NCBI GenBank assembly: GCA_012842395.1
Contig: DUSX01000020.1
Location: 43,413 to 107,412, forward strand
Source of the DNA: Bacillota bacterium
Lineage (GTDB): Bacteria; Bacillota; SHA-98; UBA4971
Direction of reading: 5' to 3'
DNA length: 64,000 nucleotides
The notes under the pieces were generated by a model. It had not been told where the DNA came from and searched no databases. It was given only the letters and a program-made list of their open reading frames with translations. This document shows, piece after piece, positions 42,360-50,715 of this stretch; the first letter of the stretch is position 1, and every line of letters begins with the position of its first letter. The translations under genes were made by a program, and so were the position numbers.

Positions 42360-43859
42360 ATGCGACGTCCTAGCGATGCGGTGTTCCAGTGCCAACCCAC
42401 GATGTTGATGTCGCGGGCACCCGAGGGAGTCGTACGGAACGGGGCCGGCTTTTCCTGCAAGAAGGCCACGAGGCCAGCGCTAGTCTTGCTGGTCTCGTTT
42501 GCGGTGCTCGCAGCGTGCGTCCTCGGCGTGGCTCTGGTGGGACACTGCGCCGGCCTATCCGGTCTATCCGGCGCATCCAGCCTGCCCGCCCTGTCCTGCC
42601 TACCCGGTCTATCTGGCCTTCCGGGCTTGTCCGGCTTGTCAGGCCTGTCCGGCCTACCCGGCTTCCCTGGGCTTCCCGGCCTCTCGCAGGGCGGCCTCAC
42701 CTTCGCCGTGGTGGGTGACAGTCAAGGGAGGACCCCGGTCTGGGAACGCATCGTGGACGCCCTCAACGCGGCACGCCCCGCTTTCGTCCTGCACTGCGGG
42801 GACATGGTCGCGTCGGGAGCGCGCGAGCAGTATGAGGAGTTCGTTAAGCAGGTCGAGAGGCTCCGCATGCCCTGGTACGCCGTGCCGGGGAACCACGACG
42901 TCCGCGGGGAGGGCGCGAAGCTGTTCACGGAGTTCACCGGCAAGAACCGATATTACTCGTTCGTGGAGAAGGGTTACCGTTTCATCGGGCTGGATAGCTC
43001 CGCGGCGGCGCTCGACGCCGAGCAAATGGCGTGGCTCGAGCGAGAGCTCGCGCAAGGCGGCCCGAAGTTCGTATTCATGCACGTCCCTCTCTTCGACCCT
43101 CGTCCGGGCGGCGATCATTGTTTCCTTGACGCCGAACAGGCGCGCCGCCTCCAGCGCCTCTTTCGGGACCACGAGGTGCTGGCGGTCTTCAGCGGACACG
43201 TCCACCTCTTCAGCAGCCGGACGCTGGACGGCGTCACGTACGTGACGACAGGCGGCGCCGGCGCGCCTCTCTATGCGTCCCGTGCCGAGGGCGGGTTCTA
43301 CCACTACGCGCTCGTCCGTGTGAGCGGCAACCGGGTGAGCGTCGAGGCGAAGCAGGTCGCCGTCAAAATAGAGGAGCCTCGCGTCAGGGTGATCGGGCCG
43401 AAGGGCGAAAAGGAGTTTACCCTCGGTGACCTGGCCCTCCTGCCGTCGGTAGAGGCCGCGAGCGCGTTCGAGAACCAATTCGGAAACGTGTCGGGCGGCG
43501 GTACTTACAAGGGCGTCCTCGTGGCGACCCTCCTCGAGCAGGTCGGAGGCATCCGCCCAGGCCAGACCCTCGTGGTCCGTTGCACCGATGGCTATTCGCA
43601 GGAGTTCGGATACGAGAACGTGCATGTCTCGAAGGATTGGGCCAAGCTGCAGGGCCCCATGGTCCTCGCTTACGAGAAGGACGGCAAGACTCCCCCTGAG
43701 TGGGCCGAGGGATCGCGCTTGATCTTCGCGCCGCCTGACGGCGTGTACGGCAACGACGACTGCCGGTTGACGTCCCTTCCCGGGCAGGGATGGAACGTCT
43801 ACAAGTCGGCGGGCGGGCGCTGGGCGCGCAACGTGTCGGTGATCGAGGTCAGGCCGTGA
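42360..43859 (+). CDS. Membrane-anchored metallophosphoesterase with a (G-L-S/P)n repeat linker and a C-terminal sulfite-oxidase-fold (molybdopterin-binding-like) domain
   Basis: Start ATG 42360, 7 nt after GAGGAGG. TM segment is ALVLLVSFAVLAACVLGVALV. The repeat reads GLSGLSG...GLPGLSGLSGLSGLPGFPGLPGLS. Phosphoesterase motifs are VVGDSQG, HCGDMV, PGNHD, FMHVP and SGHVH. The C-terminal domain reads YKGVLVATLLEQVGG...RCTDGYSQEF...MVLAYEKDGK...VSVIEV. Confidence 0.8.
   Translation: MRRPSDAVFQCQPTMLMSRAPEGVVRNGAGFSCKKATRPALVLLVSFAVLAACVLGVALVGHCAGLSGLSGASSLPALSCLPGLSGLPGLSGLSGLSGLPGFPGLPGLSQGGLTFAVVGDSQGRTPVWERIVDALNAARPAFVLHCGDMVASGAREQYEEFVKQVERLRMPWYAVPGNHDVRGEGAKLFTEFTGKNRYYSFVEKGYRFIGLDSSAAALDAEQMAWLERELAQGGPKFVFMHVPLFDPRPGGDHCFLDAEQARRLQRLFRDHEVLAVFSGHVHLFSSRTLDGVTYVTTGGAGAPLYASRAEGGFYHYALVRVSGNRVSVEAKQVAVKIEEPRVRVIGPKGEKEFTLGDLALLPSVEAASAFENQFGNVSGGGTYKGVLVATLLEQVGGIRPGQTLVVRCTDGYSQEFGYENVHVSKDWAKLQGPMVLAYEKDGKTPPEWAEGSRLIFAPPDGVYGNDDCRLTSLPGQGWNVYKSAGGRWARNVSVIEVRP
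42552..42686 (+). repeat. About 15 tandem 9-nt units (GGYCTDYCN) encoding Gly-Leu-Ser/Pro triplets
   Basis: ggcctatcc ggtctatcc ggcgcatcc ... ggcttgtcc ggcttgtca ggcctgtcc ggcctaccc ggcttccct, read directly. Confidence 0.85.
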
Positions 43860-43905
43860 CATAGAATCACAGAGCAAGTCTCACCAGACCAAAGGAGGAT
43901 GAGGG

Positions 43906-44955
43906 ATGAGAAGGAATCGAGCGAACCGTGTGCGTGTGGTGCTTGCCGCGACCCTGGCGTCGGCCCTCGTGACCCTCGTGGCGACGGCTGGCGCACTCTT
44001 CCCAAGCGTCGCGTTGGCCTCGGACGACGCGTGGCAGGTCGAGGTCTTGGGCGGCGGCAAGACCGTTGTGCTCACGCAGTCCGATCTGGAGGGCATGTCG
44101 GCGGTGACGGCAGAGGCGGCGTTCCTGAAGACCACGGGAAAGATCGAGGGACCGTTCGAATTCAAGGGCGTATACATGGAAGACATCCTCGCGAGGGTCG
44201 GGGGCATCAGCCCGTCCGAGGCGATCCGCGTCACCGCGCGCGACGGCTACGCGATGACCTACACCTACTCCCAGGTCGGCGGGAACGTCCTGTCTTACAA
44301 TGAAAGCGGCGAGGTCCTCCGTACTGGTGGACTCGCCATGATCCTCGCGTACGAGTCGGGCGGCGACGCGGCGGCCGCCGAGAAGCTGCCGCGAATCGTG
44401 TACATCGCCAAGGACGGCTCTGCGCGCCCGCCCATCACCGACGGCCATTTCTGGACGAAGGCCGTGGCGAAGATCGAGGTCGTCTCGGGCGTGGAGGACT
44501 GGTCGATCAAGCTCAGCGGCGTGGAGCAGGCGCTTTTGGACAGGTCCACGTTCGAGAGCACTGTGACCTGCCCCTCGACGCCTCACCCCGCCGTGGTGTG
44601 GGAGACCACTGACAAGGAGGGCAACAAAGAAGTATATGAGGGTCTCCCGCTTTGGATCGTCGTCTCCATGATAGACGGGGGCGACGCGCCCGGAGGGCAT
44701 TACCTGTTCAACGACGACCTTGCGCGCCAAGGGTACAAGGTGCGGGTGATCTCGAGGGACGGCTACAGCGTGGACCTCGAGGCTTCGCTCGTGGCGCGTA
44801 ACAACAACATCATCCTGGCCTATAAGAAGAACGGCGAGCCCTTGCCCGAAGAGGACGCACCTCTCATGCTCGCCGGCAAAGACCTGCCGTCGCGAAAGTA
44901 CATGGTCAAGCAGATCGCCGAGCTGTCCCTGGTGGACCTGCCGGTCGGGAAGTAG
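43906..44955 (+). CDS. Secreted protein with two tandem sulfite-oxidase-fold (molybdopterin-binding-like) domains
   Basis: Signal peptide MRRNRANRVRVVLAATLASALVTLVATAGALFPSVALA. Copy a reads FKGVYMEDILARVGG...ARDGYAMTY...MILAYESGG...VAKIEVV. Copy b reads YEGLPLWIVVSMIDGG...SRDGYSVDL...IILAYKKNGEPL...IAELSLV. Confidence 0.75.
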   Translation: MRRNRANRVRVVLAATLASALVTLVATAGALFPSVALASDDAWQVEVLGGGKTVVLTQSDLEGMSAVTAEAAFLKTTGKIEGPFEFKGVYMEDILARVGGISPSEAIRVTARDGYAMTYTYSQVGGNVLSYNESGEVLRTGGLAMILAYESGGDAAAAEKLPRIVYIAKDGSARPPITDGHFWTKAVAKIEVVSGVEDWSIKLSGVEQALLDRSTFESTVTCPSTPHPAVVWETTDKEGNKEVYEGLPLWIVVSMIDGGDAPGGHYLFNDDLARQGYKVRVISRDGYSVDLEASLVARNNNIILAYKKNGEPLPEEDAPLMLAGKDLPSRKYMVKQIAELSLVDLPVGK

Positions 44956-45030
44956 CTCTGCGGTGCACAGGCGCGGCGGTGCAGCCCGCGTTCTACAGGG
45001 AGCGCCGCCAAGTTCCATGAGGGCTGCGGC

Positions 45031-46350
45031 ATGGTCTCTCCCTCCCCAAGGAATCGCCGGGCCAATGAAGCCAAGGAGGCATACGGGGCAGTGACGTCCA
45101 GAACATCTGTGAGAGGACGGGACTACTATTTCAGCACGCGCGACCTCGTCCTCATCGCTGTGGTCAGCGCCGCGGGAGGGGTCCTCAGTACCTACGTGGG
45201 GTATCTGGGGAACCTGCTCAACAAGGCTTTCGGCGTGCCGTTCGGCGCCGGGCAGTGGATGGCGGGGCTTCACGTGTTCTGGTTCGTGCTCGTGCGCGTG
45301 GCCGTGGGACGGACGGGCGCCGGCACCCTGGCAGGCGTCATCAAGGGCGTGGTTGAGATGTTCACGGGCAGCACCCACGGGCTGCCCATAGTGTTCATCT
45401 CGGCCGTCGAGGGCCTCCTGGTGGACGTGGTGCTTCTTCCGTTCCGGAGACCGTCGCTCCCGGCGCTCTGTTTGGCGGGGGGAGTTGCCTCGGCATCGAA
45501 CGTCCTGGTGTTCCAGGCGCTCTACTTTTCCGGCGTGTCCTGGGGCTACATCGCCTTGATGACCCTGTTCGCATTCGGGTCGGGAGTTGTGTTCGGGGGC
45601 TACTTCGCCGACGGCGTGCTGGCCATACTCGAAGAAGCGCGCATCATACGGCTGAAGGCGAAGTCGAGCGCGGCAGGTATGCCACCATCGCGCACGCAGG
45701 GGCCCGCGGCAAGCACCGGGGCCCCTGAGGCAAATGCCCCCGGGGCCGCAGCCATGGCTCCGACCGCGTCCGGCGCGCCTACCGCGGCCGGTGCGGCCGC
45801 CGGGACCGGGGCGGAGGCGTGGGGTGCGGCCGGGACCCGGGCTCGGGCCAGAGCTGAGGTCGAGCCTATCGCAAGGCGATCGTCCAGGCGGTCTAGCAAA
45901 ACCCGACTCGCCCTGACGCTCCTCATGTCACTGGCGCTGGCTGGAGGCGCCGTCTACTATTACGTCGAAGTCTTCGAGCCCTTCTGGACCGGCCCGACAT
46001 GCTCAGTCGAAGGCAAGGTGGCCAATCCCTATGTGTACCGGCCTGCAGACTTCGAGAATGAGGCCGTCACGGTGATGGCTGAGCTCAAGGGGCAGGTCAC
46101 CTACGTGCCACCCACCGAATACACGGGTGTCCCGCTCGCTCGGATCATCGAAAAAGCCCGCCCCGACGTGTCAGCTGCACGCGTGCGCGTACTGGCGTCC
46201 GACGGGTACGAGGCCGAGTTCGGTCTCGATGACATCATGAAGAACCGCGCCGTGATCCTGGTCCGGGACGCCGAAAACCTGCGGCTCATCGCCACGGGCT
46301 ACGAGGGCGGGTGCTGGGTACGGATGGTAACGCGGCTGGTGGTAGAGTGA
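45031..46350 (+). CDS. ECF transporter S (substrate-capture) component fused, via a low-complexity linker and an extra TM helix, to a sulfite-oxidase-fold-like domain
   Basis: The N-terminal ~200 aa are multi-TM (LVLIAVVSAAGGVLSTYVGYLGN...GLHVFWFVLV...GLLVDVVLLPF...). The linker is AKSSAAGMPPS...AAGTGAEAWGAAG. A TM segment LALTLLMSLALAGGAVYYYV follows. The domain reads YTGVPLARIIEKA...ASDGYEAEF...VTRLVVE. Confidence 0.7.
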   Translation: MVSPSPRNRRANEAKEAYGAVTSRTSVRGRDYYFSTRDLVLIAVVSAAGGVLSTYVGYLGNLLNKAFGVPFGAGQWMAGLHVFWFVLVRVAVGRTGAGTLAGVIKGVVEMFTGSTHGLPIVFISAVEGLLVDVVLLPFRRPSLPALCLAGGVASASNVLVFQALYFSGVSWGYIALMTLFAFGSGVVFGGYFADGVLAILEEARIIRLKAKSSAAGMPPSRTQGPAASTGAPEANAPGAAAMAPTASGAPTAAGAAAGTGAEAWGAAGTRARARAEVEPIARRSSRRSSKTRLALTLLMSLALAGGAVYYYVEVFEPFWTGPTCSVEGKVANPYVYRPADFENEAVTVMAELKGQVTYVPPTEYTGVPLARIIEKARPDVSAARVRVLASDGYEAEFGLDDIMKNRAVILVRDAENLRLIATGYEGGCWVRMVTRLVVE

Positions 46351-46419
46351 ACCGTGCGATGACGCAGCTTGCGCTGAAATGAGGCGCGTGGTGACCGGCT
46401 CATCCCGGATCGTGGCGGA

Positions 46420-48279
46420 ATGAGGCGTTTTGAGAGCATGGAGAAGGTTGTCAGAGTCTCGAACCTAACTGTCCGGTACCCAGGGAACGCCGCACCGGCA
46501 CTGAATAGCGTCGACCTAGCGCTCGAGGCCGGTGAATGCATGGTCGTGAGCGGTCCGAGTGGCTGTGGCAAGTCCACGCTCGCACTGTGCCTTGCGGGCT
46601 TCATACCGCACGCCATCGACGCGGACGTGACCGGCTCCGTGCGTGTGGCCGGTCTCGATCCAGCGCAGACCAGCGTTTATCATCTTGCCGAGTTCGTTGG
46701 TTTGGTGCAGCAGGACCCAGAGGCCCAGTTCTGCACCATGCGTGTGGACGACGAAGTAGCCTTCGGGCCGGAGAACCTGATGTGCGCGCCTGATGAAATT
46801 GCTCGCCGCGTGACGTGGGCGCTTGAGGCCGCGGGCGCATCTCACCTTCGCGGGCGCAGGCTCGCGGAGCTATCCGGGGGCGAAAAGCAGCGCGTCGCCC
46901 TCGCGGCCGTGCTCGCCATGCGTCCCAGCGTGCTTATTCTTGACGAGCCCACCGCCCACCTCGACCCGAGGGCCACCGGGGCGCTCGTGCGCCTCCTCGG
47001 GGAGATGCAGTCGCAGCTCGGCCTGGGGATCATCATCCTGGAACATAGGCCGGAGCGGTTTTTCGGCATCGCCAACCGGGTGGTGCGGTTATCCGAGGGC
47101 GCCGTCGCTTTCGACGGCCCGCCGCGCGAGCTCGCCGGGCCCGGGCGATGGGGTAACCCCGCGTGCCTCTCATGCGGCGACACTGCATCTGGCAGAAGGT
47201 CGCCAGGTGGCGGCGGGCTCCTCGCTCGGCGTACTGGACGCGCCGCGGTCGCCGAGAAGGGCGGCGAAGAAGACGCCGAAGAAGACGCCGAAGGACCGTG
47301 CCCCTGGACCAGCCACCCCTCGTCGGTTCGCGCTCCGGTTCTGGGCGGCGTTCAGGGCCGCCCGCAAGGCCGCGACGCGCAATGCCTCGCGCACGACGGC
47401 GGCGACGATGCGCAGGGCGCACCAAGCCCGCGCCCAGGTGCGGGCCCGGCCTCAGGCACAGGCGCAGGCCCAGGCACAGGCGCAGGTGTAGGCCCAGGCT
47501 CCGGGCCAGGCCAAGGGGACGCGCGGCAAGACACGGGACTTGGCACGCCTGGCCCGCCTCTCCTGCAGGTGTGCAGCCTCACCCAGAGATACGGGAACAA
47601 GATCGTCCTCCAGGATGTGGACCTGGAGGTCCGGAGCGGCGAGATCGTCGGAGTGATGGGCGACAACGGGAGCGGCAAGACGACCTTGCTCCTCAGCATA
47701 ATGGGGATCCTCCGGCCCGTTTCCGGGAGGGTCATGCTGGAGGGCGAGGACATCACGAACGTCCCGGTCTCGGCGCGCGCGAGGCGGATCGGGATGGTGT
47801 TCCAGAACCCCAACCACCAGCTTTTTACCGACCAAGTCTGGCGCGAGGTGGTCGCGGGGCCGCTCAGTCGTGGGGTGCCGGAGGCGGCGTGCCGTCCCGC
47901 GGCCGAGGCGCTTCTCGACCGGTTTGACCTCCTCGCGCTTCGCGCGAGCCACCCGTTGACCCTTAGCTACGGGCAGAAGCGCAGGCTGAACCTGGCGGCG
48001 ATCATGGTGAGCGAACCTAGCTTGCTGCTACTCGACGAGCCGTTCGTAGGACAGGATGCCCCGCGGGCGCGGGACTTGGCGCGCCTCCTCAATGACCTGG
48101 CGTGCTCGGGCAAGGGCATCCTCTTGGTGGGGCACGAGCCGAGCATCATGGCACAGTGTTGCGACCGCTTGATTTTCATGGACGGCGGGCGGATCGTGGT
48201 GGACGCGCCTGCGCGGGAAGCGTTTGCTGATTTCGAGAGGATGGGCTTGTGTGACTACGTGCCAAGGGCGTGGGCTTAG
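46420..48279 (+). CDS. Fused tandem ABC ATPase (EcfA-EcfA'-like) with a ~140-aa low-complexity inter-domain linker
   Basis: Two sets of motifs. First set: GPSGCGKST / LSGGEKQRVALA / LILDEPTAHLD. Second set: GDNGSGKTT / LSYGQKRRLNLA / LLLDEPFVGQD. Confidence 0.85.
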   Translation: MRRFESMEKVVRVSNLTVRYPGNAAPALNSVDLALEAGECMVVSGPSGCGKSTLALCLAGFIPHAIDADVTGSVRVAGLDPAQTSVYHLAEFVGLVQQDPEAQFCTMRVDDEVAFGPENLMCAPDEIARRVTWALEAAGASHLRGRRLAELSGGEKQRVALAAVLAMRPSVLILDEPTAHLDPRATGALVRLLGEMQSQLGLGIIILEHRPERFFGIANRVVRLSEGAVAFDGPPRELAGPGRWGNPACLSCGDTASGRRSPGGGGLLARRTGRAAVAEKGGEEDAEEDAEGPCPWTSHPSSVRAPVLGGVQGRPQGRDAQCLAHDGGDDAQGAPSPRPGAGPASGTGAGPGTGAGVGPGSGPGQGDARQDTGLGTPGPPLLQVCSLTQRYGNKIVLQDVDLEVRSGEIVGVMGDNGSGKTTLLLSIMGILRPVSGRVMLEGEDITNVPVSARARRIGMVFQNPNHQLFTDQVWREVVAGPLSRGVPEAACRPAAEALLDRFDLLALRASHPLTLSYGQKRRLNLAAIMVSEPSLLLLDEPFVGQDAPRARDLARLLNDLACSGKGILLVGHEPSIMAQCCDRLIFMDGGRIVVDAPAREAFADFERMGLCDYVPRAWA

Positions 48280-48985
48280 TAGGCTCAACCCGCTCGCCAA
48301 TCTGACGCTACTGGTCTCCTTCTGCGTGCTCGCCATTTGCGCGCAAAGCCCTGCACAAGCAGGAATTCTATTTGCGGCGGTCCTCGCCGGCCATGTGGCG
48401 AGCCGAATCCCGCCTTCGATCCTGTGGCGCAGAGTGCGCGGGATAGTTATCTTTGCGCTCGTGCTTTTCCTCAGCCAGCTCTTCCTCGCAAGCGGCGGAG
48501 AGGTGGCGTGGGGCGCCCGCGCTGCAAGCGGGATCCAGATGTCCCTGCGCTTCCTCAACATCGTCCTAGCGAGCCACTTATTCGTTAGCACAACCTCAGC
48601 GGAGGATCTCGCCTATACCCTCATGCGGCTGGGGCTTCCTTATCGGTATGGATTTACCCTCCTCATCGCCATGCGCTTCGTCCCCTATTTCCGGCTGCAA
48701 TCGAACACGGTGTTGCAGGCCCAAATGGTGCGCGGCATCGGCGTGGACCGCCCGTCCCTTAGGGGCATTTGGTGCATGGCCAGGTACACGTTGGTTCCGC
48801 TTGTCGTGACTGCGCTCGGCAAAGTGGAGAGCCTGGCCATCTCCATGGAGGGCCGCTGTTTCGGCCTGCACCCACGACGGACGTTCCTCCGCACCGTGCC
48901 GTTCCGCCCGGCCGATGCCGTCGTCATGGCAGCGGCCATCGCGGCCGCCGCGGCTGCAGCCACAGCCACGCTGCTCACCAGATGA
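48224..48985 (+). CDS. ecfT: ECF transporter transmembrane (T) component, CbiQ/EcfT family
   Basis: Multi-TM protein containing ...RLGLPYRYGFTLLIAMRFVPYF...MVRGI... (the EcfT Ala-Arg-Gly-type region). It overlaps the end of the ATPase gene. The start is ambiguous (TTG 48224 or GTG 48251). Confidence 0.75.
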   Translation: MLISRGWACVTTCQGRGLSRLNPLANLTLLVSFCVLAICAQSPAQAGILFAAVLAGHVASRIPPSILWRRVRGIVIFALVLFLSQLFLASGGEVAWGARAASGIQMSLRFLNIVLASHLFVSTTSAEDLAYTLMRLGLPYRYGFTLLIAMRFVPYFRLQSNTVLQAQMVRGIGVDRPSLRGIWCMARYTLVPLVVTALGKVESLAISMEGRCFGLHPRRTFLRTVPFRPADAVVMAAAIAAAAAAATATLLTR

Positions 48986-49088
48986 GTGCCCCAAGACGCG
49001 CTCGCCTAGGTAACAGGCGGGGACGGACCGCCGATCTCCGTGTGCAGACCGCGTTGGGGCCGAACCAGCCGGCTCTCGCGGGCTATAG

Positions 49089-50300
49089 CTATAGCCATTC
49101 GAGGGCCCGGTCCGCGATGGAGGCGATGACACCGCGGCGCAGGGAAATGGCTCCCTCAGGACACATTTCGTGGCAGCAGAAACACCGTATGCACCGATGG
49201 CGGTCTATCATTGCAGTCCCCCGCGCGATCGCCGCCGTCCCCGCCGCCGTCCCCGCGGAACCCACAGTGATGGCGCCGGGCGGGCACGACTCTGCGCACA
49301 CCCCGCACGCGACGCACTTCGCAGCGTCCACCCAGGGGATTGCGGTGACGTGCTTACGGACAGCCCTGACAACCGTGAATATGCCCGAAGTGGCTCGCGC
49401 CGCGGGCGGCAAGGCGAAGCCCGTCACGTGGAACTCTTCCGGGGGCGCCCCCACCACTTCTATCTCTTCAGGCCGCGTGCTGCCAGCGCTAACCTCCCGC
49501 GCCGCGCGCAGGTACGGCACGCGCATGGGGTCCACCCCGGCGAGCCGAAGGGCCACGACATCCAAGGCAACCGGGTCCTCCGACGCCAGTATGGCTCCGA
49601 TGTGCCTCGGCCGCCCGTGCGAAGGTCCGTCGCCGTCCATGGCTACGACCGCGTCGAGGATCGACAGGCGGGGCTTCACGAGGCCGGCAAGGTCCAACAA
49701 CATCAGGGAAAAGGCGCGGGGATCGTTGTACCTCAGATGCATGCGCAGTTTCTCGGCCCCTGGGATGCACCCGAAGAGGTTCTTCACGGCGCCCGTGAAC
49801 GTCATGAACCCATGGGTCTTCATCTTGCCGATGTTGATGACGGCCGAGGCGTCAACGATCGGCCGGGCAAGGACGAACTCCTTGCATACCCGGCCGGCCG
49901 GGTGCTTGCGCGCGACCCCGTCGTCGAAGGACACGAGGTCCACGCCCGCTTCACGGCAGACCGCGGCTATCCCGCACTTCGCCGCGACGCCGGACACGCT
50001 GCCGTGTCCGGGGCTGTCTCCCACCACGACCTTGGCCCCGGCCTGCTTGAACAAATCGAGAACGGCGCCTACGACAGCGGGATGGGTCGTCACCGCCCTC
50101 TCGGGCTGGTAGGGCGAGAGCATATTCGGTTTGACAACCACAAACCCGTCACGCGGACGGGGCAAGAACGCCTCGACGCCGCCGAGGAGGTCAGTGGCCA
50201 ACCTAACCGCGTGGGAGACATTGTCCTGCGAATATGACCTGCATGTAGCCAGAGCAACCTTGATCTTCAGCGTGATCCCTCCAGTCCGCATCCATGGCAA
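49089..50300 (-). CDS. DUF362 domain protein with C-terminal 2x[4Fe-4S] ferredoxin domain
   Basis: ...VVVKPNMLSPYQPERAVTTHPAVVGAVLDLF...VVGDSPGHG..., with C-terminal CVACGVCAESCP and CIRCFCCHEMCP. The start is ambiguous (TTG 50300, ATG 50291, or CTG after GGAGGG). Confidence 0.75.
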   Translation of the reverse strand: MPWMRTGGITLKIKVALATCRSYSQDNVSHAVRLATDLLGGVEAFLPRPRDGFVVVKPNMLSPYQPERAVTTHPAVVGAVLDLFKQAGAKVVVGDSPGHGSVSGVAAKCGIAAVCREAGVDLVSFDDGVARKHPAGRVCKEFVLARPIVDASAVINIGKMKTHGFMTFTGAVKNLFGCIPGAEKLRMHLRYNDPRAFSLMLLDLAGLVKPRLSILDAVVAMDGDGPSHGRPRHIGAILASEDPVALDVVALRLAGVDPMRVPYLRAAREVSAGSTRPEEIEVVGAPPEEFHVTGFALPPAARATSGIFTVVRAVRKHVTAIPWVDAAKCVACGVCAESCPPGAITVGSAGTAAGTAAIARGTAMIDRHRCIRCFCCHEMCPEGAISLRRGVIASIADRALEWL

Positions 50301-50715
50301 TTACTGGCAGAGACTCATCTGCATGTTCTGCAGTATTCACAGAATCACGCCTCCTCAAGCACGATCCTCGGGACACGCCCAGGCAGGACGCCTCAGCCGA
50401 AAAGCAGCGCGAACTTCTGGCGAGAGCGACATGCTCAGTTGGCGCGATCCGTGGCGCCACGATAGCCCTCGACGAAAGCCCCCCGATAGCCCCGATACCA
50501 GTTCTTCACGAAGGACGTAATACCTCCAACCAAGACCAGGCTCATCTTGTCTGACATGCCTGACATGAAGAGAGCCCGCTCCCCGATGGGAACGAGCTCT
50601 CACGCGTAACCCGGAGTCGGGATGGGGACACCCGGGATGGAAACGACCTCTCTGCGTCACCCGACCGCCACGCCGCCCTCTAGCCGGAAGGACCTTTCCT
50701 CGTCGGAAGACGGGC

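Noticed and set aside
42654-45378. 407-aa and 503-aa minus-strand ORFs antisense to the metallophosphoesterase and tandem-domain genes
   Set aside because: Compositionally aberrant (Arg/His/Asp/Leu-rich) with no motifs. The plus-strand genes have signal peptides, TM segments, catalytic motifs and RBSs.
49081-49096. Perfect 16-bp palindrome GGCTATAGCTATAGCC at the convergent junction of ecfT and the DUF362 gene
   Set aside because: It overlaps the DUF362 stop codon. It could act as a weak bidirectional terminator (6-bp stem), but it has no U-tract and is too short to call.
50435-50566. 43-aa minus-strand ORF (MSGMSDKMSLVLVGGITSFVKNWYRGYRGAFVEGYRGATDRAN) between the PorV-like and DUF362 genes
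   Set aside because: Too short, with a weak or distant RBS and no recognisable family. It could be a small membrane protein but cannot be supported from sequence alone.
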